Shown piece after piece: positions 18,107 through 28,951 of a DNA stretch of 64,000 nt. The notes under the pieces were generated by a model, which ran no database searches, had not been told where the DNA came from, and saw only the letters and a program-made list of their open reading frames with translations. The position numbers and the translations under genes are program-made. This DNA comes from Candidatus Micrarchaeota archaeon (GTDB taxonomy: Archaea > Micrarchaeota > Micrarchaeia > Anstonellales > Bilamarchaeaceae), in NCBI GenBank assembly GCA_043812915.1, contig JBDRLQ010000012.1, forward strand, positions 24,308 to 88,307. The letters run 5' to 3'. How positions within the stretch are numbered: position 1 is the stretch's first letter; each line of letters starts with the position of its first letter.

Positions 18107-18242
18107 GGGCCTGTAGCTCAGCCTGGTTAGAGCGACGGTCTTATATGACACGTTCTAATACAACTCATATTAGACAGTCTGAGTTAGCCGTAGAGGGGAA
18201 TTCTCCCCGCGGAAGTCCCGAGTTCAAATCTCGGCAGGCCCA
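18107..18242 (+). tRNA. tRNA-Ile(TAT) with two introns: 37/38 (18146-18185, 40 nt) and 45/46 (18194-18214, 21 nt)
   Basis: GGGCCTG/CAGGCCC acceptor stem; BHB1 CTTA/TGAG with TA^T and TT^A; BHB2 CCGT/GCGG with AG^A and AA^G; 75 nt mature. Confidence 0.92.
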
Positions 18243-18309
18243 ATCCTTTTTTTCTGTAAGTGCAGCTCTTTTCCGAAATATCTTTAATGTCTGGACTCCT
18301 AATCCTATC

Positions 18310-18594
18310 ATGTCAATTCGGAATTTTGTGTTGTTCGGCTTGGCTCTCGGGCTTCTGGTATCTTTCGGATGCCTCGGGCCTTCAGGAGAAACTACTCCGC
18401 CTGAGGATGATGTGGATACGTCCAATGCTGTAACTGAAGGTATGTGCAAGCAATATGGGGGCAACTGGGACTCGGACCGCTGCCAATGCGGCGGGATCGC
18501 GGGATTTTCCTGCCCGCCAGCCTGGGTGTGCACAGACCTGCAGCCTGGAGGGGCTGCCGACGCCATGGGAACCTGCAAGAGAGTGAGCCAGTAA
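18310..18594 (+). CDS. Small Cys-rich lipoprotein
   Basis: VSFGC lipobox-like signal; CGGIAGFSCP...C...GTC motif. Confidence 0.7.
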   Translation: MSIRNFVLFGLALGLLVSFGCLGPSGETTPPEDDVDTSNAVTEGMCKQYGGNWDSDRCQCGGIAGFSCPPAWVCTDLQPGGAADAMGTCKRVSQ

Positions 18595-18603
18595 GGGCTT
18601 TTT

Positions 18604-20826
18604 TTAGCGCCCTATCCTTTTTCTTATTTTTCCGGCTATCTCCCCTGCTTTTGCGGACATCTTCTCATTCGCGACAATCAAGCCCGGCAAGACAATCATC
18701 GAGAAGAAGAATGCCAGCATAATTCCGTAGGCAAGCGATACCCCCAAGTCTCTTAGGAAGCTGAGCTGGGCAATCCTCATGGAAAGGAAGCCTAGGATGG
18801 TCGTCAGTGAAGTGAGGAACAGCAGCTTGGCAAGGTGGTCCAGGGAACCTGCGACCGCCTGCGCATAGCCCACCCCCATGTTCAGCAGCTTCTTTATCTC
18901 CGAGCCGGTGTGGATTGAGAAATCGATTCCAATCCCGATAATTATCCCGAATATGGAGGATGTTATTTGTGAGAATGGCACTCCGCTCCAGCCGTTCAGT
19001 CCCATGGTGCACATTAGCGCAAGAGCGATGGGAATGAGCATCAGAGTGCCTGTCACGATGGAGCGGAAATACAGCGTGAGCACAACGAAAATCAGCGCGA
19101 AGGAGAATAGCGTCACCGCTCCGGAGCCCGCCTGAGATGTTGACCTCTCCCCGACATTATAGGCGATTCTCCCTGCGAAATACGTCTCGTACTTCTCAGG
19201 GAACTCCCCCTCAATTGCCGGAAGCAGCTGCCCGATAAGGATGTCCTCATCAATAGATGCCTGGCCGGAATATCCGAGATTGATCCTCATCATAGTAAGG
19301 TCATTCCCCACTCCAGGGTGTTCAATCCTTGCCCTGCTCTCAGGTATCTGCCCGTCGTTCATAGCCTTGATTGCATCAACCGGCGAATCGACCGATTCCA
19401 CATATTCAAGTGTCATGAGCCTTTTCTCAAAGGCATCTACCTCCCTGAGCACATCATACTCAAGAACGTCATCTGCCTGCACGATTATGCTCATGCTGTT
19501 TGAGGAACCCGGGAAAGCATCTCCCTGCTCAACCAAATCAATCATGATAGGATTATCGGAAGGGATGAAATCAGAATAGCTCATCTTAGTCTTTAACATC
19601 ATCATCCCAGACGCCACGATAATCACGAACAGAAGCGCGAGCGCAAGGAACTTTCCAGTGTGGTTGCCGATGTACTCGCTGATGTCAAATAGCCTCTCAT
19701 GGAGTTCTCCGGAGAGCTTCGATGGTTCTCTCTCTTCCCGTTCCTCCTCTTTGAATGGGGCATCTCCAAGCCCGAACATGAAGAACAGTATCGGTGTGAG
19801 CGTGATGTTATAGAAGAAAACGAACAGGATTCCGAGGCAAGTCGCAATCGCAAGGTCTTCCATGACCGCAGAGCCAGCGAAGAAGAGCGAGAAGAATCCG
19901 ATGAACGTTGTGAAGAAGGACATCGATAACGGCGGGCCGATGTTCAGGAGGGTGTTTGTGACAATCTCCCTGCGGCTGCCCGAGCCCCTGATGAATCCGT
20001 TCTGAAGATGCAGGGTGTAATCGACTCCTATTCCTATTGTCAGTGCTGCTATTAGTGCAGTTGCTATGTTGAGCGGGACTCCCATAAGGTTCATCGCGCC
20101 GAAAATGGACGAGAGGATGCAGCAAATCATGAATATGTTTATGATTGTCATCTGGTTGCTTCCGTAGAAAAGCCGGATGCACAATGCTATTATCAGCAGG
20201 CTCGCGATACCAGTGCTAATCAGGTCCTGGAAGAGCAGCCTGGAAACTTCGGAGAAAATGACCGGGCTTCCGCCAGCGGTCGTTTTTATACCGCTGGGTG
20301 TTTTGGTGTTCTCAATCACCTCCTCAATCTGCCTGGTCCTTTCCCCAAGGATTATGTCCTCGTCGCCAATGTTCGCGTAAACGAGCATAAGGGCGCTGCT
20401 CCCCTCAGGGTTAATCAGGTACGGGTTATCTGCCGGTGTGGCCACCATGTCCACGAATCCCTTGTCGGCAAACTTCTCAGCCATTGTTGCGATATACTCG
20501 GCCACCTGCGGGTCACGGACGCTATCTACCCTGTCGATTTCAGTTGAGCCCTTGTCCACGCGGATGAAAATGGTCATGGCATCCGCCGAGTTGAAATTGG
20601 CGTCCACCAGGTTGTTGCGCAGTATGATAGGGTCGTTCTCATAGAAGAATGATTTCTGCGATGAGTCCACCTGGAGGTTTATGGCGTGGTATGCCATGAA
20701 TGTGATGAATATCATGAAGATCAGGAGGAGCGGCCAGCGCTCGTTCTCGAGGAACGCGGAATACTTTGGAACAACCACGTCCAGTTTTTCCCCTACTCCA
20801 TCTGATAACCTGTCTAGTGCGCCCAT
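18604..20826 (-). CDS. RND/MMPL-family (HAE3-like) exporter
   Basis: Duplicated halves, each with GIGVDY/GIGIDF and TT..GF motifs; about 12 TM. Confidence 0.9.
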   Translation of the reverse strand: MGALDRLSDGVGEKLDVVVPKYSAFLENERWPLLLIFMIFITFMAYHAINLQVDSSQKSFFYENDPIILRNNLVDANFNSADAMTIFIRVDKGSTEIDRVDSVRDPQVAEYIATMAEKFADKGFVDMVATPADNPYLINPEGSSALMLVYANIGDEDIILGERTRQIEEVIENTKTPSGIKTTAGGSPVIFSEVSRLLFQDLISTGIASLLIIALCIRLFYGSNQMTIINIFMICCILSSIFGAMNLMGVPLNIATALIAALTIGIGVDYTLHLQNGFIRGSGSRREIVTNTLLNIGPPLSMSFFTTFIGFFSLFFAGSAVMEDLAIATCLGILFVFFYNITLTPILFFMFGLGDAPFKEEEREEREPSKLSGELHERLFDISEYIGNHTGKFLALALLFVIIVASGMMMLKTKMSYSDFIPSDNPIMIDLVEQGDAFPGSSNSMSIIVQADDVLEYDVLREVDAFEKRLMTLEYVESVDSPVDAIKAMNDGQIPESRARIEHPGVGNDLTMMRINLGYSGQASIDEDILIGQLLPAIEGEFPEKYETYFAGRIAYNVGERSTSQAGSGAVTLFSFALIFVVLTLYFRSIVTGTLMLIPIALALMCTMGLNGWSGVPFSQITSSIFGIIIGIGIDFSIHTGSEIKKLLNMGVGYAQAVAGSLDHLAKLLFLTSLTTILGFLSMRIAQLSFLRDLGVSLAYGIMLAFFFSMIVLPGLIVANEKMSAKAGEIAGKIRKRIGR

Positions 20827-20833
20827 GCCCGCA

Positions 20834-22327
20834 TCAGCCTTGTTTTTTGGGGATGAAGAAATATTTGCCCACCAGGAAGAAGAGCAGTATGATGAATCCT
20901 CCAATCAGCGCGAAGGGCAGTATGTTCTCCTCTCTCCCCTTGCTCTGCACGTAAATCTCCTCCTCCTGCGTCACAGGTTCCTGGTTGTATACGCACCTTA
21001 TCCTTACCGGGATTCCGTATTCCTTGGTAGTTGCAAGCTCGTTGAATGTGAGCTGCAGCCTGAACTCCTTGGTTTCATCTTCCCCGAGCTTGGCCGCTTT
21101 GTCAGAGTTCTGCCTCCAGCTTATCGGCAGGTTCTTTGTAAGCCCGGTAATCTCAACGCTGTCACACTCGTCACCGATATTGGTGACCGAGAAGCTGACA
21201 TAATCATTCTCATCCTTTTCAGTGCTCGTCTGGTTCACGATGAAGTAAGGCAGCTTCTGCACGCTAACCTCAATCGGAAGGCTTTTGCTCTTCTCATCGC
21301 CCAGGTGGTAGTATGTCAGTTCGATTAGGGCATCATATATGCCCGACTCCACCGAATCATCGATGTCAAGCTTGAAGAGCGCCCCTTTCCTCTCCTTCGG
21401 GTCAATAGTCCCTAGGAAATCGGACTCAGAGCCGAAGAATGTGGGCGTGAACCCCTCATTGTCAATGACGAAAGATGCCTGCAGGTTCTCAATCCGGTCA
21501 TTTCCCATGTTCGCAATTTCAACGTTGATGAGGTTGTTTTTCGTGTCCCTTCTCAGGGTCTGGGGGGTGCTGGTCAACTTGCCAAGAGCTACTTTTTCCG
21601 GGAATTCCAGCTTGAGCGCGAGGCGCGTTTCTGTCGAATATCCATTGCTGCTGGCGTCATTGGCAGTAGTCGTTACATCTATCTGGTAAATCTGGGATGT
21701 CGCGCTGTCATCGAACACAAGCGTAATGGGGATGTCCGTCTTCTCCCTGAGCAATGGAATTATTTTCAGGTTGTCGTCATTGGCAATCATCATCGGAAGC
21801 CCTGAGAGCCCGAAGTCGAGGTGCACATTGTAGAATTCCTCGGAGGGCGTGAGCGTGAGGTTGAATTCCATCTCGTCATCTGCGACCATCTGCGGGTCGG
21901 TCATGGTTATGTCTATGTACTTCTTCTCAAGGGTTCCTGTAATGAAAACGGTTTTCACTGTGGAGGCATCATCTTCCCGGATTCCGAGCTTGAGCGGATT
22001 ATCCGCTAGCACAAGCTCTTTTGCATAAACCCTGATTTCATGGTTCACCGACTCCCCAGGCTCAATCCGGAGGTCGCGGTAATCTACAATCCCCCCGATG
22101 TGCGAGAATATGCTCGAGCTCACAATCGAGAATGAGATCGTATGTGTCTGGGTTCCGCTGTTGGAGAAAACCAGATACGCGGTGAATTCGGTATCATCCA
22201 CAATAACCGATGGATTGGTCTGCACCAGTTCCACCTGAATGTCCCTGTTCAGTTCTGCCTCGGATACAGCGAATGCCGCTGTGGCAAGCATCACTAGTAC
22301 TGACAGTATCAAAAATATCCTTTTCAT
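20834..22327 (-). CDS. COG1361-like S-layer-domain protein
   Basis: Signal peptide, repeated Ig-like segments (N.G...LG.I.P), C-terminal TM; adjacent to RND gene as is common in archaea. Confidence 0.75.
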   Translation of the reverse strand: MKRIFLILSVLVMLATAAFAVSEAELNRDIQVELVQTNPSVIVDDTEFTAYLVFSNSGTQTHTISFSIVSSSIFSHIGGIVDYRDLRIEPGESVNHEIRVYAKELVLADNPLKLGIREDDASTVKTVFITGTLEKKYIDITMTDPQMVADDEMEFNLTLTPSEEFYNVHLDFGLSGLPMMIANDDNLKIIPLLREKTDIPITLVFDDSATSQIYQIDVTTTANDASSNGYSTETRLALKLEFPEKVALGKLTSTPQTLRRDTKNNLINVEIANMGNDRIENLQASFVIDNEGFTPTFFGSESDFLGTIDPKERKGALFKLDIDDSVESGIYDALIELTYYHLGDEKSKSLPIEVSVQKLPYFIVNQTSTEKDENDYVSFSVTNIGDECDSVEITGLTKNLPISWRQNSDKAAKLGEDETKEFRLQLTFNELATTKEYGIPVRIRCVYNQEPVTQEEEIYVQSKGREENILPFALIGGFIILLFFLVGKYFFIPKKQG

Positions 22328-22382
22328 ACAGTGCACCTTGGATATGTATGAATAAGGATATATTAAAAAAAGCACCTATAGG

Positions 22383-23423
22383 TTATTTCCTCAGTTTTCT
22401 CCTGTATTTGAGGTAGGTCGAGTAATCGATGTACTTCTTCCTGCCCACATACTCCCTGGTGGTCGTAGCCTTGTTCCTGGCCCCCTCAATCCTGTCCGTA
22501 ACAGTAATCGAGAACGAGTCGCTTCCGGCTCCTGAACCGAAGGAAGTCATCAGGATTCTGCTCCCGGGCTTTGCCTCATCAAGTACTGCCGTTAAGCCCA
22601 GCATTGCAGCTCCTGAATATGTATTCCCGACAACGGGCGTTAGCAGCCCGGTTTTCAGCTTCTCAGTAGGAATCCCCATCTTCTTTGCAATCTGAAGCGG
22701 GAACTTCGCGTTCGGCTGGTGGAACACCACATAGTCGTAGTCCCCGACCTTGGTTCCGGTCTTCTCCAGCAGCCCATCGGTCGCCCCGCTGACATGCTTG
22801 AAATAGGCTGGCGCGCCCGTGAACCTTCCCCCGTGCGATGGATAATCAGCATGCTGCCTTCTCCAGAAATCTGGAGTGTCTGTTGTGAATGAGAATGTGT
22901 CCTCAACTATTGCAAGGGACTCTTTGTCCGGCCCCGCGATGAATGCCGCTCCGCCTGAAGCCGCAGAATATTCAAGGGCGTCCCCGGGCCTTCCCTGCGC
23001 GGTGTCGGCACCTATCGACATCCCGTATTTTATCATTCCGCCATCGACCATGCCCAGGACCATCTGCATTCCTGCAGTTCCGGCCTTGCAGGCGAATTCC
23101 AGGTCTGCCGCAGTGAGATTCGGTGTTGCTCCGATTGCCTCGGCAACTATGGTCGCCGTCGGCTTCACGGCGTACGGATGTGATTCGCTTCCCACATAGA
23201 GCGCCTTGAGTTCCTCTGGCTCGATATCCCCTCTTGCCATGGCATTCCTGGCCGCCTCCACCGCTATAGTGGCAGCATCCTCATCAAGCCCGCCAACGGC
23301 CTTCTCAAGTATCCCAAGCCCTTTCTCTATCCTCTCCGGTTCCTCAGCCCACACTTTGGCTATCTCTGCAGTCTTTATCCTGTAAACCGGGATGTAAGCT
23401 CCATAACCGACTATGCCGCTCAT
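22383..23423 (-). CDS. hmgB: Archaeal hydroxymethylglutaryl-CoA synthase
   Basis: [39 protein letters not shown]. Confidence 0.95.
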   Translation of the reverse strand: MSGIVGYGAYIPVYRIKTAEIAKVWAEEPERIEKGLGILEKAVGGLDEDAATIAVEAARNAMARGDIEPEELKALYVGSESHPYAVKPTATIVAEAIGATPNLTAADLEFACKAGTAGMQMVLGMVDGGMIKYGMSIGADTAQGRPGDALEYSAASGGAAFIAGPDKESLAIVEDTFSFTTDTPDFWRRQHADYPSHGGRFTGAPAYFKHVSGATDGLLEKTGTKVGDYDYVVFHQPNAKFPLQIAKKMGIPTEKLKTGLLTPVVGNTYSGAAMLGLTAVLDEAKPGSRILMTSFGSGAGSDSFSITVTDRIEGARNKATTTREYVGRKKYIDYSTYLKYRRKLRK

Positions 23424-23485
23424 GATATCTTCCTCTCTCTGTGGTTATTGGAAATGATATAGCAGCGGGGCTCTTATAAAACCAA

Positions 23486-24295
23486 CTATTTGGCCTGTTT
23501 GCGCCTCTTTGGGGCCGTTTTGAGCCTCGGCGCGGGCATTGGTTTTGCCATCCTTGCCCCTGCCTTCGGAGGTACCCTTGCCGTTCTCGCCTTTCTGGGC
23601 TTCAGGAACGTTACTGCCAGCGCCGCAACGACGATTGCCCCGCCAATCACAAATATGTAGAGCCAGTTGACCTGCCGGCTTTTGACCACAAGCGGAGCCT
23701 GTTCTGCAAGCACTTCAGAAAGGCTGAATGTCGCGGTGGAACCTGAAACCTCTGCTCCGGCAGCTCCCGCCTGGGCGCTCACGATTGAGCCTGGCATCTC
23801 AACCCTGTAAAGAATCTCCATTCCAAAGAGCTCCATGCTTGAAGCCATCTTCCGGCACTCATCGGCATCCCTGAAGTCAAGCGGGGCAACGGATGTGCCT
23901 TCCACGACATCCATGCCGGAGGCGACCATAATTCTTTCCATCTCCTTGCTGAACTGGTCTTTCGGGAGCTTATTCACTGTAAGGGAATAATCCACGTAGG
24001 GGATGCCGTATTCTGCGCTAAATGAGTAGTAGCTGCCGCCAGAGGAGAATTCCCGGCTCATGTATACCCATTTGTTCTCTTCATCAACCGAGCAGCCAAG
24101 CTCCTTATCGAAGGCGCAGGTGGTCGCGATTGAAGAGAGGAAGTTGTCAGGCATCAGCTGCACAATAAATGATACGTCAAGCTCGTCCCCGATGACAGAA
24201 TTTCCGCTCTCACCTACAACCTGGTGGTAGATCTGCGTCACGCTTCCCGTAAACAGAAGCGAAGATGCCATAAGCAATAGAATAATCCTCCTCAT
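23486..24295 (-). CDS. Hypothetical secreted/membrane-anchored protein
   Basis: N-terminal signal, C-terminal TM and basic tail. Confidence 0.65.
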   Translation of the reverse strand: MRRIILLLMASSLLFTGSVTQIYHQVVGESGNSVIGDELDVSFIVQLMPDNFLSSIATTCAFDKELGCSVDEENKWVYMSREFSSGGSYYSFSAEYGIPYVDYSLTVNKLPKDQFSKEMERIMVASGMDVVEGTSVAPLDFRDADECRKMASSMELFGMEILYRVEMPGSIVSAQAGAAGAEVSGSTATFSLSEVLAEQAPLVVKSRQVNWLYIFVIGGAIVVAALAVTFLKPRKARTARVPPKAGARMAKPMPAPRLKTAPKRRKQAK

Positions 24296-25233
24296 ATATT
24301 CCCCTCACTATTATCCCCAGGCGAAATCTTATAAGGGTGTTTATGCTGCCTTACCATCTCCTGAATCCCCTGCTCGAGCGGGATTGGGGCGAAAAACAGC
24401 TCTTTTTTCGCTTTTTCGCAGTTGAACGCCCTGTCGCTAGAGAGGACTGCTACATCCTCCGGGATGAAAACCGGCTTTCCGCCGAAATGCGTAGTCCTGA
24501 AAAGCTCAAAACTGGCAAAGAGTTTTGCCAGTATAACCGGGATGTGCGATTTCGGAGGACTTGCTCCCAGCGCCTTAGCCGCAATCTCATAAACCCTGTC
24601 CTGGCCGAGGCATTCCCCGACTATGACATATGTCCCCTGTCCCCTTTCCAATGCGTTCTCAATCACCGCTGCGACATCCTCCACATGCACGAACGGGATC
24701 CTGTTGCTGCCATCGCCGATTATCTTCATCTTGCCCCGTGCAATCTTGTCCAGGACCTTGGAATATTCCTCAAAGCCGGACCCGTATATCGGGCCTACTC
24801 TCAGTATTACGTGGCTCTTATGCTTCGCGACGATTCCCTCCGCCTCGAGCTTCGTCCTGGCATAGGGGGTATCCGGCCTGGTCTCGGTGTTCTCGTCAGC
24901 CGGGACCTGCGCCATCTTCTTGCCGTAAACTGAAATCGAGCCTGCGAAAATAATCCTGGCGTTTTTCGGAAGGGCCTCAACAATCCTCCTGGTGAGTTCA
25001 ACATTTCCTTCCCTCGCCTTCCTCTCATCAAGGAAATCCCGTGAGCCGGCAAGGTGGATTACAGCTTTCGCATCGGCTAGAATCCGCCATAGGTCATCTT
25101 TGGAAAAATCAGTGACAATCTCCCCTGGAAGCCCTGATTTCTTCCGGACAAGCGGGATTGCGCTCTCCAGCCTCCGCATCACCACTTTCCCGAGGCGGCC
25201 CGTTGCCCCAGTTACATAAACCTTATCCTCCAT
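24292..25233 (-). CDS. NAD-dependent epimerase/dehydratase (extended SDR)
   Basis: VTGATGRLG, HLAG, YARTK. Confidence 0.9.
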   Translation of the reverse strand: MEDKVYVTGATGRLGKVVMRRLESAIPLVRKKSGLPGEIVTDFSKDDLWRILADAKAVIHLAGSRDFLDERKAREGNVELTRRIVEALPKNARIIFAGSISVYGKKMAQVPADENTETRPDTPYARTKLEAEGIVAKHKSHVILRVGPIYGSGFEEYSKVLDKIARGKMKIIGDGSNRIPFVHVEDVAAVIENALERGQGTYVIVGECLGQDRVYEIAAKALGASPPKSHIPVILAKLFASFELFRTTHFGGKPVFIPEDVAVLSSDRAFNCEKAKKELFFAPIPLEQGIQEMVRQHKHPYKISPGDNSEGNI

Positions 25234-26830
25234 GCTTCTTCTCCAGCTCCTCAATCTTCCGCTCTATCCTCTTTTCAGCCTCAAGCCTCTCGAACTCGTA
25301 GCTTCCCATATCCATGTACTTCATTCCATCGGCTAGGGATGGATGAACTTTCTTAATTTCCTCATGCATCTTCTGTGCGATTATCCGATAATCAATATGC
25401 CCCTGCCTGGCCGAGCGCAGTTCGCAGAAATGGAACGCCTCGCGAAGGTTGAGCTTGATTTCCCACCTGATATTATATGCGAGGGGAACGACGTACTGCG
25501 CCTCCTTCGGGTATTTGGCGGCAATCCTCTCCCACGCCCTCTTCGCGGATTCCATTACGTCAACGAACACATCCACATGCCCGGATTCGATAATCTCATG
25601 CGGGACTGTGGCGCCAAGAGCGCATCCAAGAAGCTGCCTCTGCTGGGTGAGCACCCTGTGCCTGTGCAGGTCCCTGTACGCGCCGAAGTTGGTGCAGATC
25701 TCAAACGTATAATACACTTCCTCGAAAGCCCTGCCGGGCTTGTGCCTCCGGTTTTTCCTCTTCCCGATGTACGCTTTCAGTATTCCTGCCTTCTCGTTCG
25801 CGCCCATGCCCGAAACCTTCTCCCTAAGCTTCCGCATGGTGAGCCCGCTGTATGGGTAGAGCGCGGACACTAGGATTTTATCCTCAGCTCCCGGGTCATA
25901 ATCAACAAGCGTGACATCGCTGTTCGCGCTCTCGTGCCCGAGCGTGGACGCAATATTCTCCATATCATCCCTGACGCCTGAGAAATATTCCTGCATATCC
26001 TTTCCGTGCTCGCTGTCCGGCCTTTTAACGAAGGATGGAATCACCGTCCGCAGCTCCTGCTGCATGGAAGCGGCGATGTCCTTCATCTCGGAGAGGGGCT
26101 CGGCGTACAGCTTGGTTATCAGGTACTCGTAAGACCTTCCGTTCCCGAAGAACCCCATATTGGTGAGCGTTGAGGCCGGAAGCAGCCCTCTTAATATGTC
26201 ACAGGTCTTTGACCGCACCGTCGCCTCGTACACCCTTTCCGATATCGTTTCATCCCTTGGCATCTTTCTCTTCACGTATTCAGATACCTTCGGGATTAAT
26301 GAGGCGTAGGTATCGAAGAGCATGTTGCAGGTCCGCTCATATTCCTCAGCGAATTCGGATTTCATAAGGGTTTGTTCCCGGCAGAATCTGTATTTCCCAT
26401 CAACTTTCTGGTCGAAATAGACGTATCTGGTGGATTTTTCCAGGGGGGAAAGCCCGAGCCTGGCATCCTCCACGAGCTTGGTGGCAATAATTGAGATGTC
26501 CTCAAGGGCGATATGCGCCCCTGCAAGTTCGGCGACGGAATCATCCCCGTACTGCACGAGCACCCGGTCATAGAACTTCTCAGCCTTCTCCGTGGCGATG
26601 GAATCACCTGCCTTTGCCTGCCCTTCCATGATATCAGTGAATCCGATGTCCGATTTGATGAATTCGTCAAGCAATGTCCTGCGGAGGCTCTTGGTGCTCC
26701 TGCTGTATCTTGAGAAGAGCGCTCCTTTGACGACCTCAGGAAGGTTGCGCAGAACGAAAATGCCCTTGTCGAAGTTGCTGACGAATGGGGCCAGCTGTTT
26801 CCTCTCTTCCCCGCTGAATTCCTCGCTCAT
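25223..26830 (-). CDS. thyX: FAD-dependent thymidylate synthase, long two-domain form
   Basis: YGDDSVAEL, EKSTRY, RDLHRHR, ELRS...GH. Confidence 0.9.
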   Translation of the reverse strand: MSEEFSGEERKQLAPFVSNFDKGIFVLRNLPEVVKGALFSRYSRSTKSLRRTLLDEFIKSDIGFTDIMEGQAKAGDSIATEKAEKFYDRVLVQYGDDSVAELAGAHIALEDISIIATKLVEDARLGLSPLEKSTRYVYFDQKVDGKYRFCREQTLMKSEFAEEYERTCNMLFDTYASLIPKVSEYVKRKMPRDETISERVYEATVRSKTCDILRGLLPASTLTNMGFFGNGRSYEYLITKLYAEPLSEMKDIAASMQQELRTVIPSFVKRPDSEHGKDMQEYFSGVRDDMENIASTLGHESANSDVTLVDYDPGAEDKILVSALYPYSGLTMRKLREKVSGMGANEKAGILKAYIGKRKNRRHKPGRAFEEVYYTFEICTNFGAYRDLHRHRVLTQQRQLLGCALGATVPHEIIESGHVDVFVDVMESAKRAWERIAAKYPKEAQYVVPLAYNIRWEIKLNLREAFHFCELRSARQGHIDYRIIAQKMHEEIKKVHPSLADGMKYMDMGSYEFERLEAEKRIERKIEELEKKHGG

Positions 26831-26946
26831 AATAAGCCTCACCCTCTTTATACCTGAACTTCTCAGATAAGCTTTTTAGAGCCTTCCAAAGGCCGAAATC
26901 CCACTTTCCTGTCCCTTTTTAAACAGGTTCTATCACTATTATCCCC

Positions 26947-27762
26947 ATGAGATGCGGCCTTATTCCAGGCATGGTCACGGTTGTCAGCCCGACCCACTAC
27001 TTCGAGTCGACAGGGATTGGTCCCGAGGGGATTGTGCCAGCGCTGAACATGGCAGTAAAAAAACTATCCAAGAAGGCAGGTATCCCTAGCGAGAATTTTT
27101 TCCAATGGCTCTCTAAAATGAGGCTCACTATTGATGGAATCGCGCTCTTTGGCGGGGAATATCACCAGAAAGATGCGGGGAAGCTCGAGCTCATGCTCGC
27201 CTTTGCAGGCCGGGAATCCTACCTTGCTTATGTGAATGATGCCCAGACCCCTGAAATCGTCGATACCAGAATCAGCCCCTATCTTCTGGGCTTTGATGGG
27301 GGGACCCGGATGCTAAGGCAGCCGCAGTCTTTTTTCGATGCGCTTTTGGGCGGAGAAATCCTGCTTCTTAGAGACAGTGATTCCAGGCTGGAGGCCCTCA
27401 TTAGGGAAAGGCAGCGCGTTTTCATTGAAAACGCCGAGGAGAAGCTTTTCGAGCTAATCACGCACTCTGTTTTTGCCGATACCTGCCGGGAACAGGGGCT
27501 TCTGGGGCCTCAGCATACTAATCATAGAATCGTAAGATCAATGTTCCCGAAGCCTGCTGCCAACAAGCTTGAAGCGCTTAGCGTTTATGTTTCAGAGGAA
27601 GAAATCGGGGAAAAGGCAGCGAGAAGGATGCACAGCATGCGATTAAAGAAAGGGACGGCAATCGCCATTGCCAGGAAGATGGCCCTTGGGCTCCAGAGGC
27701 ACTCTTCCCCGCTTCCAAAGCCCCTGAAAAGGGCCGTCAGCGGCCAGGGGCGAGTCCGCTAA
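26947..27762 (+). CDS. Hypothetical protein
   Basis: 271-aa ORF filling the gap between thyX and the GGR gene; no recognisable motif. Confidence 0.55.
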   Translation: MRCGLIPGMVTVVSPTHYFESTGIGPEGIVPALNMAVKKLSKKAGIPSENFFQWLSKMRLTIDGIALFGGEYHQKDAGKLELMLAFAGRESYLAYVNDAQTPEIVDTRISPYLLGFDGGTRMLRQPQSFFDALLGGEILLLRDSDSRLEALIRERQRVFIENAEEKLFELITHSVFADTCREQGLLGPQHTNHRIVRSMFPKPAANKLEALSVYVSEEEIGEKAARRMHSMRLKKGTAIAIARKMALGLQRHSSPLPKPLKRAVSGQGRVR

Positions 27763-28951
27763 GGGCTCCTAGGAGCTGCGGCCGCCCAGCTATTACTTTT
27801 GCGACAGGCCCTGCGAAATTCCCGTCCATCACTTCGTTCAGGTCCTTATCCGTGATGGTATTGAAGATGTGGTTCAGGTCATCATCAGAAACCTTTTCCA
27901 TGACCTTCCTGAGCATCAGCCTCTTGGCGACCTTTTTTCCGGCGGTCTCCTTCCACTGCTTCTGGTAGGGCATCAGGATCTCTTTTGAGTAGTCCTTTTT
28001 CGAGTGGGCATCAAGCGCCACTCCGGCAGCAAGAATCCCGGCTTCCATGGCAAGGGCGATTCCACCGCCGTGTATAGGGTCGACCTGCTTCGCAGCGGTG
28101 CCAACGACAAGGAAATTGTCTCTAACGAATTCGTTTATCGGGGCTCCAACTGAAATGACCCCCCCGAAGTCCATCAGGGTGCTGGCATCCTTTAGCTGCT
28201 CATTGTTCTTTATGAACCTATCAAGCAGCACCTTCGGGTCTGCCCCAGGGATTCCATTCTTGTCCCCGTTTGAGAGAAGCCCGCCTATCCCGATTCCTAC
28301 ATTGGCCCTCTTCTTCCCTTTCGGGAAAATCCAGACATATCCTCTTGGGGCAATGTCGTTTCCGAAATATAGCTCAATCAGGTTCTCGTGATTGTATTCC
28401 TTCATCTCATACTGGTAGCATGTGTCTACATCATAGAGCTGGTGCACGGTGTTGAACCCGGCCTTCCTGGCAATCATGGACTCCATGCCCTCGGCCGAGA
28501 CAATCAGCGGCGCATACGCCTGGTATGGCTCCCTCCCTCCATGGGAGAGGTTCACGCCCGCGATTTTACCGCCTTCCATTATGAGGTCTGTTGCCCTGGT
28601 GTATGAATGGATCTTGGCCCCTTTTTCAACCGCGAGCCCGGCAAGCCACTTGTCGAAGAATTTCCTCTCGAGCACCCATCCGGTCGTAGTGGAGTCCTTC
28701 CACACGATTGACTTTCCGTTAGGCGCAATCACTTTCGCCCCAACAATATCCGTGGAAATGCACTGCTTCGGTATTTCAAGGTCCTGCGCGACGACTTCCC
28801 TCTCCCCAAGGCCTTCTCCGCAGCGCACCGGTATCCCGAGCTCCTTCCTCTTGTCAACAACGAGGACATCCATCCCTCCCTGCGCGGCGACCCTCGCCAT
28901 CGTGCTTCCTGCGGGCCCGGCGCCTATGATAATCATGTCGTAATTGCTCAT
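27737..28951 (-). CDS. Digeranylgeranylglycerophospholipid (geranylgeranyl) reductase
   Basis: IIGAGPAGS, PVRCGEG, PRGYVWIFPKG, P..GGGI. Confidence 0.92.
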   Translation of the reverse strand: MSNYDMIIIGAGPAGSTMARVAAQGGMDVLVVDKRKELGIPVRCGEGLGEREVVAQDLEIPKQCISTDIVGAKVIAPNGKSIVWKDSTTTGWVLERKFFDKWLAGLAVEKGAKIHSYTRATDLIMEGGKIAGVNLSHGGREPYQAYAPLIVSAEGMESMIARKAGFNTVHQLYDVDTCYQYEMKEYNHENLIELYFGNDIAPRGYVWIFPKGKKRANVGIGIGGLLSNGDKNGIPGADPKVLLDRFIKNNEQLKDASTLMDFGGVISVGAPINEFVRDNFLVVGTAAKQVDPIHGGGIALAMEAGILAAGVALDAHSKKDYSKEILMPYQKQWKETAGKKVAKRLMLRKVMEKVSDDDLNHIFNTITDKDLNEVMDGNFAGPVAKVIAGRPQLLGALSGLAPGR

